From: Candidatus Aminicenantes bacterium
Lineage (GTDB): Bacteria > Acidobacteriota > Aminicenantia > Aminicenantales > JAFGBC01
Assembly: GCA_963702005.1 (NCBI GenBank)
Contig: OY969696.1
Span: 2,848,001-2,912,000, forward strand
Length of the DNA stretch: 64,000 bases
Direction: 5' to 3'
Positions 9,229-19,343 of the stretch are shown here, piece after piece. Each line of letters begins with the position of its first letter. The first letter of the stretch is position 1. The notes under the pieces were generated by a model. It did not search any database. It saw only the letters and a list, made by a program, of their open reading frames with translations, and was not told the origin of the DNA. The translations under genes and the position numbers were made by a program.

Positions 9229-9352
9229 GCTCCCCTCCTTACAAGGATATCGTAGCAAAGACGGTCCTGGGAAATAAAGCGGTATTTTTCGCGTCAATCC
9301 TAAACGTTCAACCGCCTTTTTCCGTATAGGATAAGTGGGGACAAGCACGAAC

Positions 9353-10279
9353 ATGGCCGGCAGCGAACAAAACGTCGTCGAGGTCGAAAGCCTCCGAAAA
9401 AGCTACGGAACGGTGACCGCCGTCGCCGGCATATCTTTCGCTGTCCGGCGGGGCGAAATCTTCGGGCTGGTCGGCCCCAACGGCGCCGGCAAGACGACGA
9501 CCGTCGAATGCCTGGAGGGACTCCGGCGTCCCGACGACGGCCGGGTCCGCCTTCTCGGCTGCGATCCTCAGCGCGAGGGCCGCAGCCTCAGGGAGCGGCT
9601 CGGCATCCAACTCCAGGAATCGGAACTCCAGGCCCGGATCAAGGTCTGGGAGGCTTTGGACCTCTACGCTTCTTTTTACAGCCGGTCCATCGACTGGCGA
9701 CCTCTCATCGCCCAACTCGGGCTCGGGGACAAGGCCGAAACGCCGTTCGCCAAATTATCGGGCGGGCAGAAGCAGAGGCTGTTCGTGGCCCTGGCCCTCG
9801 TCAACGACCCCGACCTCGTTTTCCTCGACGAGCTGACGACCGGGCTCGACCCCCAGGCCCGGCGCACGATCTGGGACCTCGTCCGTTCGGTCCGGGACAG
9901 GGGGAAAACGGTCGTCCTGACAACCCACTTCATGGAAGAAGCGGAACGGCTCTGCGACCGCGTCGCGATCATGGATCGAGGCGGCCTGGTCGCCCTGGAC
10001 ACACCGGAAAACCTCATCCGCGGCCTGAACGCCGAAAACAGGGTCGTGTTCGTCCCCGATCCGGGCTTCGAGGCGCGGCTCCTCGAGTCCTGCCCGGGCG
10101 TCACACGGATCGAGGCGTCGGCCGGACGGGTCATCGTCTACGGCCACGGCGAGCGGCTCGTCGCCGACGTCGTGGATTTCATCATCGCCAAGGGCTTCCG
10201 GTTCCGGGACTTAAGGACCGAGCAGGCTTCGCTCGAGGACGTCTTCCTGGCCCTGACCGGCCGCGAGATCAGGGAATGA
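9353..10279 (+). CDS. ABC-2 type exporter ATP-binding subunit
   Basis: GPNGAGKTT, LSGGQKQR, FLDE, TTH, C-terminal SLEDVFL. Confidence 0.95.
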   Translation: MAGSEQNVVEVESLRKSYGTVTAVAGISFAVRRGEIFGLVGPNGAGKTTTVECLEGLRRPDDGRVRLLGCDPQREGRSLRERLGIQLQESELQARIKVWEALDLYASFYSRSIDWRPLIAQLGLGDKAETPFAKLSGGQKQRLFVALALVNDPDLVFLDELTTGLDPQARRTIWDLVRSVRDRGKTVVLTTHFMEEAERLCDRVAIMDRGGLVALDTPENLIRGLNAENRVVFVPDPGFEARLLESCPGVTRIEASAGRVIVYGHGERLVADVVDFIIAKGFRFRDLRTEQASLEDVFLALTGREIRE

Positions 10280-10292
10280 GGAGAGCGCGGAT

Positions 10293-11036
10293 ATGCGCGG
10301 ACTCTGGAAGCTGACCTGGACCGAGATCAAGCTGTTCCTCCGCGAACCCTATTCGACCTTTTTCACCCTGGCTTTCCCGCTCATGCTCCTCTTCCTGTTC
10401 GGGTCCATCTACGGCAACAAACCGACGCCCTTCTTCAACGGACACGGCTCGGTGGACGTCCTCCTGCCCTGCTACGCCGCGCTCCTCATCGGGAACTCCG
10501 GGCTTCTCTCGATGACTATCTACATGGCCGTTTACCGGGAGAGGGGCGTCCTGCGCCGCCTCCACGCCACCCCCCTCAAGCCCCTGACCGTGCTGGGCGC
10601 CCAAGTCCTGGTCGTTTTTCTGATGTGCACGCTGGGCCTCGGCCTCCTCATCGCCGCCGCCAAGCTCGTCTACGGCTTGAAGTTCGCGGGCGACCCGCTT
10701 TCCGTCCTGGGCGCCTACATCTTGAGCTGCCTCGGTATTTTCGCGCTGGGGTTCGTCCTGGCCAGCGTCCTGCCCACGGCCCGGACCGCCCAGGCCGTCG
10801 CCATGGCCCTGTTCTATCCGATGATGTTCCTGTCCGGAGCGGCCATGCCCAAGGAAATCCTCCCGCTGACGATCCGGCGCGTCGCTCGCTTCCTTCCCCT
10901 GACCCACGTCGTCGATCTTCTGCGCGGATTGTGGCTGGGGGACGTGTGGAGCCGGCACCTGACCGAAGTCGCGGCCCTGGCCGGTTTGTTCGTCGTCTGC
11001 GTCGCCGTCTCCCTCAAGACTTTTCGCTGGGAATAG
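10293..11036 (+). CDS. ABC-2 type exporter permease
   Basis: About six TM segments, RERGVLRRL..TP, FLSG..MP, LPLTH, ends FRWE. Confidence 0.92.
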   Translation: MRGLWKLTWTEIKLFLREPYSTFFTLAFPLMLLFLFGSIYGNKPTPFFNGHGSVDVLLPCYAALLIGNSGLLSMTIYMAVYRERGVLRRLHATPLKPLTVLGAQVLVVFLMCTLGLGLLIAAAKLVYGLKFAGDPLSVLGAYILSCLGIFALGFVLASVLPTARTAQAVAMALFYPMMFLSGAAMPKEILPLTIRRVARFLPLTHVVDLLRGLWLGDVWSRHLTEVAALAGLFVVCVAVSLKTFRWE

Positions 11037-11089
11037 GCGGCCGCTGCCCTGTTCGGGTTTCGTCCCTCATGTGCTACAATAGCCGGACC

Positions 11090-12544
11090 ATGAATCTGTC
11101 CATCGCGTTCCTCGCCTCCGAAGTCGCCCCCTTCGCCAAGACCGGCGGCCTGGCCGATGTGGCCGGGGCTCTCCCCCGCGCCCTGGCCGGAGCCGGAACC
11201 TCCGTCCGCGTCCTGATGCCTTTCTACCGCGAGGTCAAGAAGAAGAATCTTCCCGTCCGGAAACTCTTCGAGGACTCGATCTCGGACGGCATGGGCCGTT
11301 CCCTTCCTTACGCCGTCCATGAGCTCGACGAGGCGGGCGTTTCAACCCTTTTCATCGAGCACGACGCCTTTTTCGACCGCGAATTCCTCTACGGAACTCC
11401 GGCCGGCGATTATCCCGACAACGGGGAAAGGTTCGCGTTCTTCGCGCGCGCCGCCCTCGAAACACTGGCTAAAACGGGCAAGGCCGTCGACATCGTCCAC
11501 GCCCACGACTGGCAGTCCGCCCCTGCCCTCGCCTATCTTAAATTCAGGTACGCCGAAGACTCGTTTTTCGACCGGACCCGGACCGTATTCACCATCCACA
11601 ACCTGGCTTATCAGGGCCGGTTCGAAAAAGATATTTTAGGCAGAATTGGGCTTCCCGACAGCCTGTTCAACATGAACGACCTCGAGTTCTACGGAAAGGT
11701 CAACTTCCTCAAGGCCGGGATCCTCTACGCGGACGCCGTGACCACGGTCAGCCCCCGCTACAGCCGGGAGATCCAAACGCCCGAGTTCGGCTGCGGCCTG
11801 GACGGGCTCCTCCGTCAGCGGAGCGGCGTCCTCCACGGCATCCTCAACGGCGTCGATTATGCCGCCTGGGACCCCGCCCGCGACGCCCTCATCCCGGCCC
11901 GCTATGGCCAGGCCGACCTAGCGGGAAAAGCCGTCTGCAAAAAGGAGCTCATCCGGATGTTCGGCCTTCCGACCGCCGCGGCCGGTCGTCCCGTCGTCGG
12001 CGTCGTCTCCCGGCTGGCCGGACAGAAGGGGTTCGACCTCGTCGCGGACGCCCTCGACGAAATGTTCAAGCGGGACTTCGTGCTGATCGTCCTGGGCACG
12101 GGCGAGGACAAGATCCAGGAAGCCCTGAAGGCCGCTCAAAAAGCCCATCCCGACCGGTTCGGGCTGAGGATCGCCTTCGACGAGAAGATCGCCCACACCA
12201 TCTACGCCGGGAGCGATATCTTCCTCATCCCATCCCGGTACGAGCCTTGCGGGCTGACCCAGATGTACAGCCTCAAGTACGGAACCATTCCCGTCGTCCG
12301 AGCCACCGGCGGCCTCGACGATACGATCCGGGAGTTTGACTCCGCGGCCCGGACCGGAAACGGGTTCAAGTTTGAAGCCTACGAGGAAGCGGCGCTGCTC
12401 GCTTGCCTGGACCGAGCCCTCGCTCAATGGAAAAATAAAAACGTCTGGAGCGTCCTGGTACGAAACGCGATGGCCGAGGATTTCTCCTGGGGGCGTTCCG
12501 CCCAGGCTTATCTCGACCTGTATCGGTCCGTAGCGAACGGTTGA
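11090..12544 (+). CDS. glgA: Glycogen synthase
   Basis: SEVAPFAKTGGLADV, HAHDWQ, FTIHNLAYQG, PSRYEPCGLTQM. Confidence 0.97.
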   Translation: MNLSIAFLASEVAPFAKTGGLADVAGALPRALAGAGTSVRVLMPFYREVKKKNLPVRKLFEDSISDGMGRSLPYAVHELDEAGVSTLFIEHDAFFDREFLYGTPAGDYPDNGERFAFFARAALETLAKTGKAVDIVHAHDWQSAPALAYLKFRYAEDSFFDRTRTVFTIHNLAYQGRFEKDILGRIGLPDSLFNMNDLEFYGKVNFLKAGILYADAVTTVSPRYSREIQTPEFGCGLDGLLRQRSGVLHGILNGVDYAAWDPARDALIPARYGQADLAGKAVCKKELIRMFGLPTAAAGRPVVGVVSRLAGQKGFDLVADALDEMFKRDFVLIVLGTGEDKIQEALKAAQKAHPDRFGLRIAFDEKIAHTIYAGSDIFLIPSRYEPCGLTQMYSLKYGTIPVVRATGGLDDTIREFDSAARTGNGFKFEAYEEAALLACLDRALAQWKNKNVWSVLVRNAMAEDFSWGRSAQAYLDLYRSVANG

Positions 12545-12600
12545 CAAACGATTTTCATCCGGTAGTTAATAGAGCCACATTCCGAGAAAGGAGGATCACC

Positions 12601-13326
12601 ATGAGGGAATCCGTCGTCGTCATCGGAGCGCTGCTGCTGGCGGTCGTCGTCGGGGCCGCGCCCGGCGCCCAGGCCGCCACGAAATGCACCTTCTACGTCG
12701 TCCATGGGATCCCGGGCCAGGACGTCGGCAAGGCCGCCGACCTGCCGGTCGACGTCTCCTTCAACGGGGTTTATGTCGTCAAGGCCCTGAAATTCGGGAA
12801 AGTCTCGGCCGCCCTCAAGCTCGATCCCGGAAGCTACGGAGTCAAGGTCTATGAAGCGGGGATGGGTCCGGCCGCGGCCGCGACGCCGCTCATCCAGGCG
12901 ACCGTCGCCCTGGCCGATAACGAGCAGGCCTCGATCGTCCTCCATCTGACGAGGACGGGTAAGGCGACTCTGACGAGATTCAGGGACGACCTGTCGAAGA
13001 TCCCCAACGCCAGCGGCCGGATTGTCGTCCACGCGCTGCTGGCCGGCGCGGATATGGGCTATAGGTTCACGGACAATCTGTACGAGCATGGCCACCCCAT
13101 GAATACGGTCGACTGGCTCCAGAACGGCAACAGAATCGCCATGGAAGTCGGCACGATGGCGGGATCCGCGTACACGCTTGAGATCATCGAAGCCAGTGAG
13201 AACGCGCCGACTTTCCTCAAGAAGGCTGTGACCGTCCTGCCCAATAAGGTCCAGCTGATCTACGTCGTCGGGACGGCAAGAACTTCGTCGATCGCCGCGC
13301 TCAACAGGGTTGCGGCCGTCAAATAG
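12601..13326 (+). CDS. Secreted DUF4397-like protein
   Basis: AGGAGG RBS, signal peptide, YVVHGIPG..LPVDV, second VVHA repeat. Confidence 0.7.
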   Translation: MRESVVVIGALLLAVVVGAAPGAQAATKCTFYVVHGIPGQDVGKAADLPVDVSFNGVYVVKALKFGKVSAALKLDPGSYGVKVYEAGMGPAAAATPLIQATVALADNEQASIVLHLTRTGKATLTRFRDDLSKIPNASGRIVVHALLAGADMGYRFTDNLYEHGHPMNTVDWLQNGNRIAMEVGTMAGSAYTLEIIEASENAPTFLKKAVTVLPNKVQLIYVVGTARTSSIAALNRVAAVK

Positions 13327-13333
13327 GCCGGGC

Positions 13334-14869
13334 CTATTGACCGGCCGGCCAAAGCCGGACCAGCACGACCCCGTGGCGCGAGACGACCGCTGAAAAGGTC
13401 TTTGTAAAAACGCCGACGTCGTTCTGCCGCCAGAGGTCGCGGACCTTCTGGGGATCCCGAACTCCAAGGTCCTCCCAGTTCGCGGCGATTTCGGCGGTCG
13501 ACTGGCCCCGGTTGAACAGGCCGACCGCCTTGGAGCCGTCCGCCAAGTCCCTCGCCCAGACCTCCAGGTCGCCCGTCTTCGTCACCAGCCGGCCCGGCTT
13601 TCCCAGGGGGTCCTGGTCGACGTCGATGACTTCATCGTTGGTCAGGAGGTTCAGCGTAAACTCGTCGAGCCGCGTGATATCCCCGCTGAAAATGAGCGGT
13701 GCCGCCAGCAGGCACCAGAGTGAGACGTGGGTATATTGCTCATTGGGAGTGAGAGGCGTCCGGGCGGTCCCTCCCTTCCAATCGCTCAGCCAGCCGAGGA
13801 GGAGATAGTCCGGGTCGTTCCAGGCGCCGGGTCCTCCGTAACGCTGTAGATCGTTGGCCGCGTAGACGTCAAACCCGTCGCGGAAGAGCGCGGTCGGGAT
13901 GCCCTCGAAGCTCCCGCCCAGGTCGTCGGCCGTCCGCCAGCTGTTCCCGCCGACCTCCCGCCCCCATTCCCAAACCTTGCCCATGCCGTACTGGCAGAGG
14001 TTGAGGACGATATCGCGACGCTGGCGGGCGAGGATGGGGCTGATGAGCCGGTAGGGTTTTTGGAGTTCGGCCGGGCTTTGATCGGTCGCGGCATCCCGGT
14101 AGGAGCACCAGTCGTACTTCAGGAAATCGAAGCCCCATTCGACGAAACGGGCCACGTCCAGATCCTCGTGCCCCCAGGCGCCGACATGGCCGGCGCAGGT
14201 CTTCGGTCCCGGGGAAGTGTAGATGCCGGCCTTGAGTCCCTTGGAATGGATATAATCGGTCAGGGCTTTCATATCGGGGAACCGCTTGTTGGCGTTAATC
14301 ATGCCCCGCCCGTCGCGCGGCTCGCCCCGGAGGGTCGGATCTTCCGAGCCCGGCTTGACAGCCCAGCAGTCGTCGATATTGACATACTGGTAGCCGTGGT
14401 CGATCAGGCCGGTCGCGACCATGGCGTCGGCCGCGTCCCGCATGATCTTATCGGTCACGTGGTTTTCCCAAACATACCAGCTGTTCCAGCCCATATAAGG
14501 GGTCAAGGCCAGAGTATCGCCGCAGACGATCTTGAACTTTCTCGAAGCCGTGCCCAGCCTGTTGCCGGCTTTCAAGGTCACGGAAAATTCTCCCCGGCGA
14601 TCGACGCGTCCCGAGATCCGGCCGGTCTTGGGATCAGCCCTGAGCCCTTCGGGCAGGCCCTCGGCCGCGAACGTCATGGGCCGCTCGCCCGTGGCCGGGA
14701 TGGTGAACAGGAACGGTGAACCCGGCCTGACGCCGAAGATCCTAGCTCCGTTGATGCGGGGCGCGGGACCGGGCTTGGGGGTGAGGATAACGGCATCTTC
14801 GGCGCAGATCCCGATAAAAGACCACGCCAGCACCGCGGCCAGACACAGGGGGAAGGGCTTGAGTTTCAT
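13334..14869 (-). CDS. GH27 alpha-galactosidase with N-terminal putative Ig domain
   Basis: TPYMGWNSW, NIDDCW, FDFLKYDWC, SWRT, WNDPD; GLPEGL..D..TGRISG Ig motif. Confidence 0.92.
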   Translation of the reverse strand: MKLKPFPLCLAAVLAWSFIGICAEDAVILTPKPGPAPRINGARIFGVRPGSPFLFTIPATGERPMTFAAEGLPEGLRADPKTGRISGRVDRRGEFSVTLKAGNRLGTASRKFKIVCGDTLALTPYMGWNSWYVWENHVTDKIMRDAADAMVATGLIDHGYQYVNIDDCWAVKPGSEDPTLRGEPRDGRGMINANKRFPDMKALTDYIHSKGLKAGIYTSPGPKTCAGHVGAWGHEDLDVARFVEWGFDFLKYDWCSYRDAATDQSPAELQKPYRLISPILARQRRDIVLNLCQYGMGKVWEWGREVGGNSWRTADDLGGSFEGIPTALFRDGFDVYAANDLQRYGGPGAWNDPDYLLLGWLSDWKGGTARTPLTPNEQYTHVSLWCLLAAPLIFSGDITRLDEFTLNLLTNDEVIDVDQDPLGKPGRLVTKTGDLEVWARDLADGSKAVGLFNRGQSTAEIAANWEDLGVRDPQKVRDLWRQNDVGVFTKTFSAVVSRHGVVLVRLWPAGQ

Positions 14870-14893
14870 CCGGACTTTCTCCTTTGCTAATTC

Positions 14894-15236
14894 TTAATAG
14901 ACAAAGCCTTGCTTCTGGTTTTTCAAGTAGACCGATACGATTCGTAAAATCGTGAAGAGGATGCCTCCGGACAAGGCAAGGGCGTAGAGCGCCAAGAGGA
15001 TTGTGTTCAGGAGCGGAAGCTTTTTCGACTGGACCCAGGGAAATATCAAGTCGAACATGGTTTTGCCGAAAAAGATGATCAGCAGGGTCAGTCCCAGCGC
15101 AGACCGATAGATGTACGACTTGACGTTCGACATGTCGACCCGGTCGAGATGGGCCAGCGGATAGAGAAGCCAGGCAGCCAGGATCCAAAGAAAGATGGTG
15201 ACGAGGACGGCGAAGCTTTTAATTGAAAGACTCCAT
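14894..15236 (-). CDS. Small membrane protein, apparent frameshift right after start codon
   Basis: ATG at 15236 overlaps the upstream TGA; removing one base joins it to the open frame SLSIKSFAVLVTIFLWIL... that continues into ORF 14894..15133. Confidence 0.5.
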
Positions 15237-16644
15237 CATCCCTTCGGGTTGTCGGCGAAGTGGGCGTGGGCGATTCGGAATCCATCCTCCGTTTTGATAA
15301 TGACGAAGGTAACCGGCCCACGCTGGGCCGTCTCGGGTCCTTGGTCCCGGTCGAATCCCCAGGTCGCCGTGACAAGGAACGCCTGGCCCCTCCCCAGGTC
15401 CACAATCCGCGTGTCCTCAAGCCAGAGCCTGCTCTCCTGGCTCTTTCCGCCAGGCACGAACCCGAATCCCTGGTGATGAGCCCGCAGCGCGTCCATCCCC
15501 TGAATCAGGCCCCTTTTTTCGGAGGAAAAGTAAGAAAGCTTCTCGTCGCTCCAGAACAGCCTGTCGACCGGGGAGAGATCATAGGCATTCCACATGATCG
15601 CCCAAGCCCGGAGAAACTCCCGACATCGGCGGTATCTGAGTCCGGAGCGCCGGCCGCTCCCGGGACGCGCGCCATCCTGGAAATCTCGGCTTCCGCGGCG
15701 ATCGTGCCGAAGGAGGCCCAGCCTCCTTCCTTGACGAGTTTCTCGAAGAGCTCGCGCGCCCGGCCGGCGTCTCCGCCGTAGAGGTACCAGTTTCCGAGCC
15801 CGTAGGCCTGGACCGAAAAATTCAGGCTCCGCTCCCTCTCGTTCAATCCGGGCGGCGTTTCCACAATAGACTCCGGCTTTTTCAGACCCATGTAAACGAG
15901 AAGCCTCTGGTGGTAGGCGCCGTTCTCGATAATGGCCATCTTCTTTCGGATGGGCTTGAGGCAGGCTCGGGCCTCATCTTCTTTTCCCATTCTCCGCAAC
16001 GCCATGTAGAGCCAGTCGGTCGCGGCCGTGAGCAGGTCGTCGTTCTTGCTCCATTTCAGGCATTCCCGGTAAGCGTCGGCCGCCGCGGCGAAATCGCCCT
16101 TGAGATAGAAAGCCAGGCCGAGGTGGTACCAGATGTTGAACTGGGTGTTGGAGAGCGGCCGGCCCGCCCGGTTGGGAATGCCGTCGGGCTCGGGATCGAG
16201 CGGAATGGAGGCGGAAAGCTCGGCCGCCTTTCTGAGGTCGGCGATGGCCCTGTCGAACAAGCGGAGCGTTATATAGCGATGTCCCCGATGACGCAAGAGT
16301 CTAGCCGATGACGGGAACCTCTCAAGACCGTTCGTATAGATTTGGATCGCCTCGCGATAATAGCCCAGATAGGCCGTCCGCCGTCCGAACCAGACGGTGT
16401 TGGCTTCATTGGGATTGCGCTCGAATTCCGCCTTGGCCTTCCGATAGAGCTCGACCGCAGTGCTGTCCGCGGCCGGCGCGGTCAGCTTCCCGCCGAGGAG
16501 CGAGATCGCTTCGTATTCCGGCGCCGTCGGAAGGTCCTGGCCGGACCAAACCTGGGATTCCGCAAGGACCATGGACAGACCAATCAGGACCGTTGATTTT
16601 ATAAGTCTAGGATACTTCAAGCCGCCCTCCTTCGTAGCGATCAT
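15236..16644 (-). CDS. Secreted TPR protein fused to NTF2/SnoaL-like domain (frameshift near 15620)
   Basis: TPR helices in ORF 15505..16644; one extra G gives DVGEFLRAWAIMWNAY and joins ORF 15236..15595 ending FRIAHAHF. Confidence 0.65.
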
Positions 16645-16673
16645 TGTATGCTCCTTTTGAGCCCGGCTTCAAG

Positions 16674-17909
16674 TTATCGAGTGCCGGCCTTTCCCGCCAA
16701 CAGGCCGGACGCCCAAGCCCAGGCCAGGTTGAAGCCTCCCCTCCTCCCCTGGACATCGAGGATCTCACCGGCCATAAATAATCCGGGACGGAGCTTGGAT
16801 TCGAGCGTCTCGGAATCGACCTCGTCCGCGGGGATGCCGCCGCTCGTGAACTCGGCCTCGTTCCAACCCCTCGTCCCGATGACTTTGAACCGCAGGTCCT
16901 TGAGCCGGCCGGCCAGGAACCGGGCGATCCCGCCGTGATCCCCAGGCCGGGTTTGGGACGACTTATCCCGGCGTTCCCGGATCCACGATACGATGACGGC
17001 GCCGAATTTTTCCGGGATAATTCCGGCGGCCAACTCCCGGTCCGGCCATCCTTCGGCCGCCCTCCTCTCGAAGCGGGCCGCCAGAACGTCCCCACCCAGA
17101 AACGGAACGAGGTCGATGGCGATCTCGACGTCTTTTCGCCCTTCCCTGTTAAGCGCCCGGGACAGGCTCTCGCTGACGTCCAGAACGGCCGTCCCCGACA
17201 ACCCGTAGGAAGCGAACAGAAGCTCTCCGTCCGACTCTTCGGCCCTCCGGCCGCCGATGAGGCTCGCCGCGCACACGCGAACCTTCTGCCCCTGGAGGAG
17301 ATGGCAGAGTTTGTCCTTGACCACGACCGGAACGGCGCTCGGGATCGGCTCGATCAGCCCGTGTCCGAACGCGCGGGCGAGGCCGTAGGCGTTTCCGTCC
17401 GCGCCCAAGGCCGGATAGGATTTCCCGCCCCCGGCCAAGATGACCCGTCCCGCCCTCAGGCTCGAACCGTCCCGCGCCTTGAGCAGGAAGGCGCCGTCCT
17501 TCCAGCCCATTTCCTTTACGTCCCAAGACAGCCGGACCTCGACGGGCAGGCGCCCGAGCTCGAGCTCGAAGACTTTGAGGACGGAGGCGGCCTGCTGGGT
17601 CGCCGGGAAGACGCGGTCCCCTTCCGATGTCAGGGCCAAACCCAAACCGCCGAAGAATTCCTTGATCTCCGGTTTCCCAAAGCGTCCGAACACCGAACGG
17701 GCGAGACCGCGGCTTTCGGCCGTGAAGGACGAGGCGTCGAGTTTCTCGTTGAGAAGGTTGGAGCGGCCGCCGCCCGTCGCCAGGAGCTTGCGTCCGAGCT
17801 TGGGCATCCTCTCGCAGAGGACGACGGAGCCGGGTGCGCGACCGGCGCTCACCGCCGCGGCGAGACCCGCCGCCCCCCCGCCGACGACGGCCACGGACCG
17901 GGTGTCCAT
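16674..17909 (-). CDS. HI0933/BaiN-like FAD-dependent oxidoreductase
   Basis: VGGGAAGLAAA, GRKLLATGGGR, GGKSYP..G, FTSGG, GEILDV.G..GGFNL..AW.SG. Confidence 0.9.
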   Translation of the reverse strand: MDTRSVAVVGGGAAGLAAAVSAGRAPGSVVLCERMPKLGRKLLATGGGRSNLLNEKLDASSFTAESRGLARSVFGRFGKPEIKEFFGGLGLALTSEGDRVFPATQQAASVLKVFELELGRLPVEVRLSWDVKEMGWKDGAFLLKARDGSSLRAGRVILAGGGKSYPALGADGNAYGLARAFGHGLIEPIPSAVPVVVKDKLCHLLQGQKVRVCAASLIGGRRAEESDGELLFASYGLSGTAVLDVSESLSRALNREGRKDVEIAIDLVPFLGGDVLAARFERRAAEGWPDRELAAGIIPEKFGAVIVSWIRERRDKSSQTRPGDHGGIARFLAGRLKDLRFKVIGTRGWNEAEFTSGGIPADEVDSETLESKLRPGLFMAGEILDVQGRRGGFNLAWAWASGLLAGKAGTR

Positions 17910-17917
17910 CGCGGAGT

Positions 17918-18976
17918 CTAAGCTCCGGCGCCGCCCCCCGCGGCCGCCGCCCCTTCCCTCAGGTAGAAAGCGGCCGTTTCGGGCGCGACCGGGTTGATGT
18001 AGAAGCCCGTCCCCCATTCGAAGCCCGCGACCCGGGTCAGGACGGGGATGATTTCCATGTGCCAGTGGAAGGTCCTCTCGATGTCGCTCTCACCATGGTT
18101 ATGGACGGCCGGGTTCGGGGCCTGATGGAGAAATAGATTATAGGGAGGATCGGCCAGGATGGCCTTAAACCGCCCCAGCACCGTCTTCAAGGCGTCGGCC
18201 AATCCCTCCAGCTCCTCGCCGCCAAACCGGCTGAAATAGGCATCATGACGGAGGGGAAGGACGCGCATCTCGAACGGGAAGCGGGCCGCGAACGGAACTT
18301 TAACGCAGACATGGTCGTTGCGGTAGACAAGCCGGTCCTTGGCCGCGGTTTCCTCGCGGATGATCCGGCAGAAGACGCATTCCTTGAAACGGCGGAAGAG
18401 CCGCCCCGCGCCGTAAATTTCCTCCTTGATCCGTTTGGGGACGATCGGCGTCGCCACGATCTGCGAGTGGGGATGGCTCAGCGAGGCTCCGGCCTCCTTC
18501 CCCTTGTTCTTGAAGACCTGGACGTACTTGTAGGGGAGATCTTCCTCGATGGACCGGATCCGGTCCTGGAATACCTTGAGGACGGCCCGGATATGGTCAT
18601 GGGGAAGGTCGGCCAGCTCCAGGTCGTGGTCGGGATTCTCGATGACGACCTCGTGGACACCGACGCCGTCCATCCAGGTGAAGAGGCCGTTATCCTGGCG
18701 GGCGGGCGCCGCTCCGCGAGTCAAGGCCGGAAACTTGTTGGGAACGACCCGGACGCTCCAGCCAGGCTCGTCCGGCCGCGTCCCGTCCGCCCGGAGGGCG
18801 AAGACCTCGGGCGGGGTCTTGGACTCGTTCCCGGCGCAGAAGGGGCAGAAGCCCCTGGCTTCGGCCGGCTTGGCCTCCGCCGCCTGGGCGGGCCGGAAAT
18901 CGTCGGGCCGTTTGCTTCGCTCGGCGGCGACGATGACCCAGCGGCCGCTGATGATGTCTTTCCGGAGCTGCGACAT
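17918..18976 (-). CDS. galT: GalT-family nucleotidyltransferase (HIT superfamily)
   Basis: CPFC.GNE, VPNKFPAL, G.HEVVIE, GASLSHPHSQ, GFEWGTG. Confidence 0.85.
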   Translation of the reverse strand: MSQLRKDIISGRWVIVAAERSKRPDDFRPAQAAEAKPAEARGFCPFCAGNESKTPPEVFALRADGTRPDEPGWSVRVVPNKFPALTRGAAPARQDNGLFTWMDGVGVHEVVIENPDHDLELADLPHDHIRAVLKVFQDRIRSIEEDLPYKYVQVFKNKGKEAGASLSHPHSQIVATPIVPKRIKEEIYGAGRLFRRFKECVFCRIIREETAAKDRLVYRNDHVCVKVPFAARFPFEMRVLPLRHDAYFSRFGGEELEGLADALKTVLGRFKAILADPPYNLFLHQAPNPAVHNHGESDIERTFHWHMEIIPVLTRVAGFEWGTGFYINPVAPETAAFYLREGAAAAGGGAGA

Positions 18977-18980
18977 GCCC

Positions 18981-19343
18981 TTAGGATCCGAGGAGCTCTT
19001 TGACCCTGAACTTGAGCTCGTCCAGGCTCGAGGACTTGACGACATAGGCGTCGGCGGCCCAGGTCATGAAATCGTCCTTGTAGCTTTGATAGGCGGAGTT
19101 GATGATGATCGGGATGTCCTTACGTTGCCCCATGACGTGGGTGATGAGCTCGATCCCGTCCTTGCCCGGCATCCGGATATCCGTGATGATAAGGTCGAAC
19201 TGAGCGTTGCGGAGGGCCTCGAGGGCGTCGTCGGCGTCGTCGGCGACGGTTACGTCGAAGCCCTCCTTGGCGAGCTCCTCTTTGTAGAGCAGGCAGAGGT
19301 GTTCTTCGTCCTCGACCAGCAGGATCCTCTTTTTGGTCTTCAT
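18981..19343 (-). CDS. Single-domain response regulator
   Basis: ILLVEDE, TDIRMP..DG, receiver domain only (120 aa). Confidence 0.92.
   Translation of the reverse strand: MKTKKRILLVEDEEHLCLLYKEELAKEGFDVTVADDADDALEALRNAQFDLIITDIRMPGKDGIELITHVMGQRKDIPIIINSAYQSYKDDFMTWAADAYVVKSSSLDELKFRVKELLGS

Noticed and set aside
9229-9354. N-terminal extension of ORF 9007..9354
   Set aside because: Strong RBS points to ATG 9228; extension crosses the divergent intergenic region
13322-13338. Palindrome AATAGGCC-G-GGCCTATT joining two convergent stop codons
   Set aside because: Short, no U tract; may be a weak bidirectional terminator but cannot be supported
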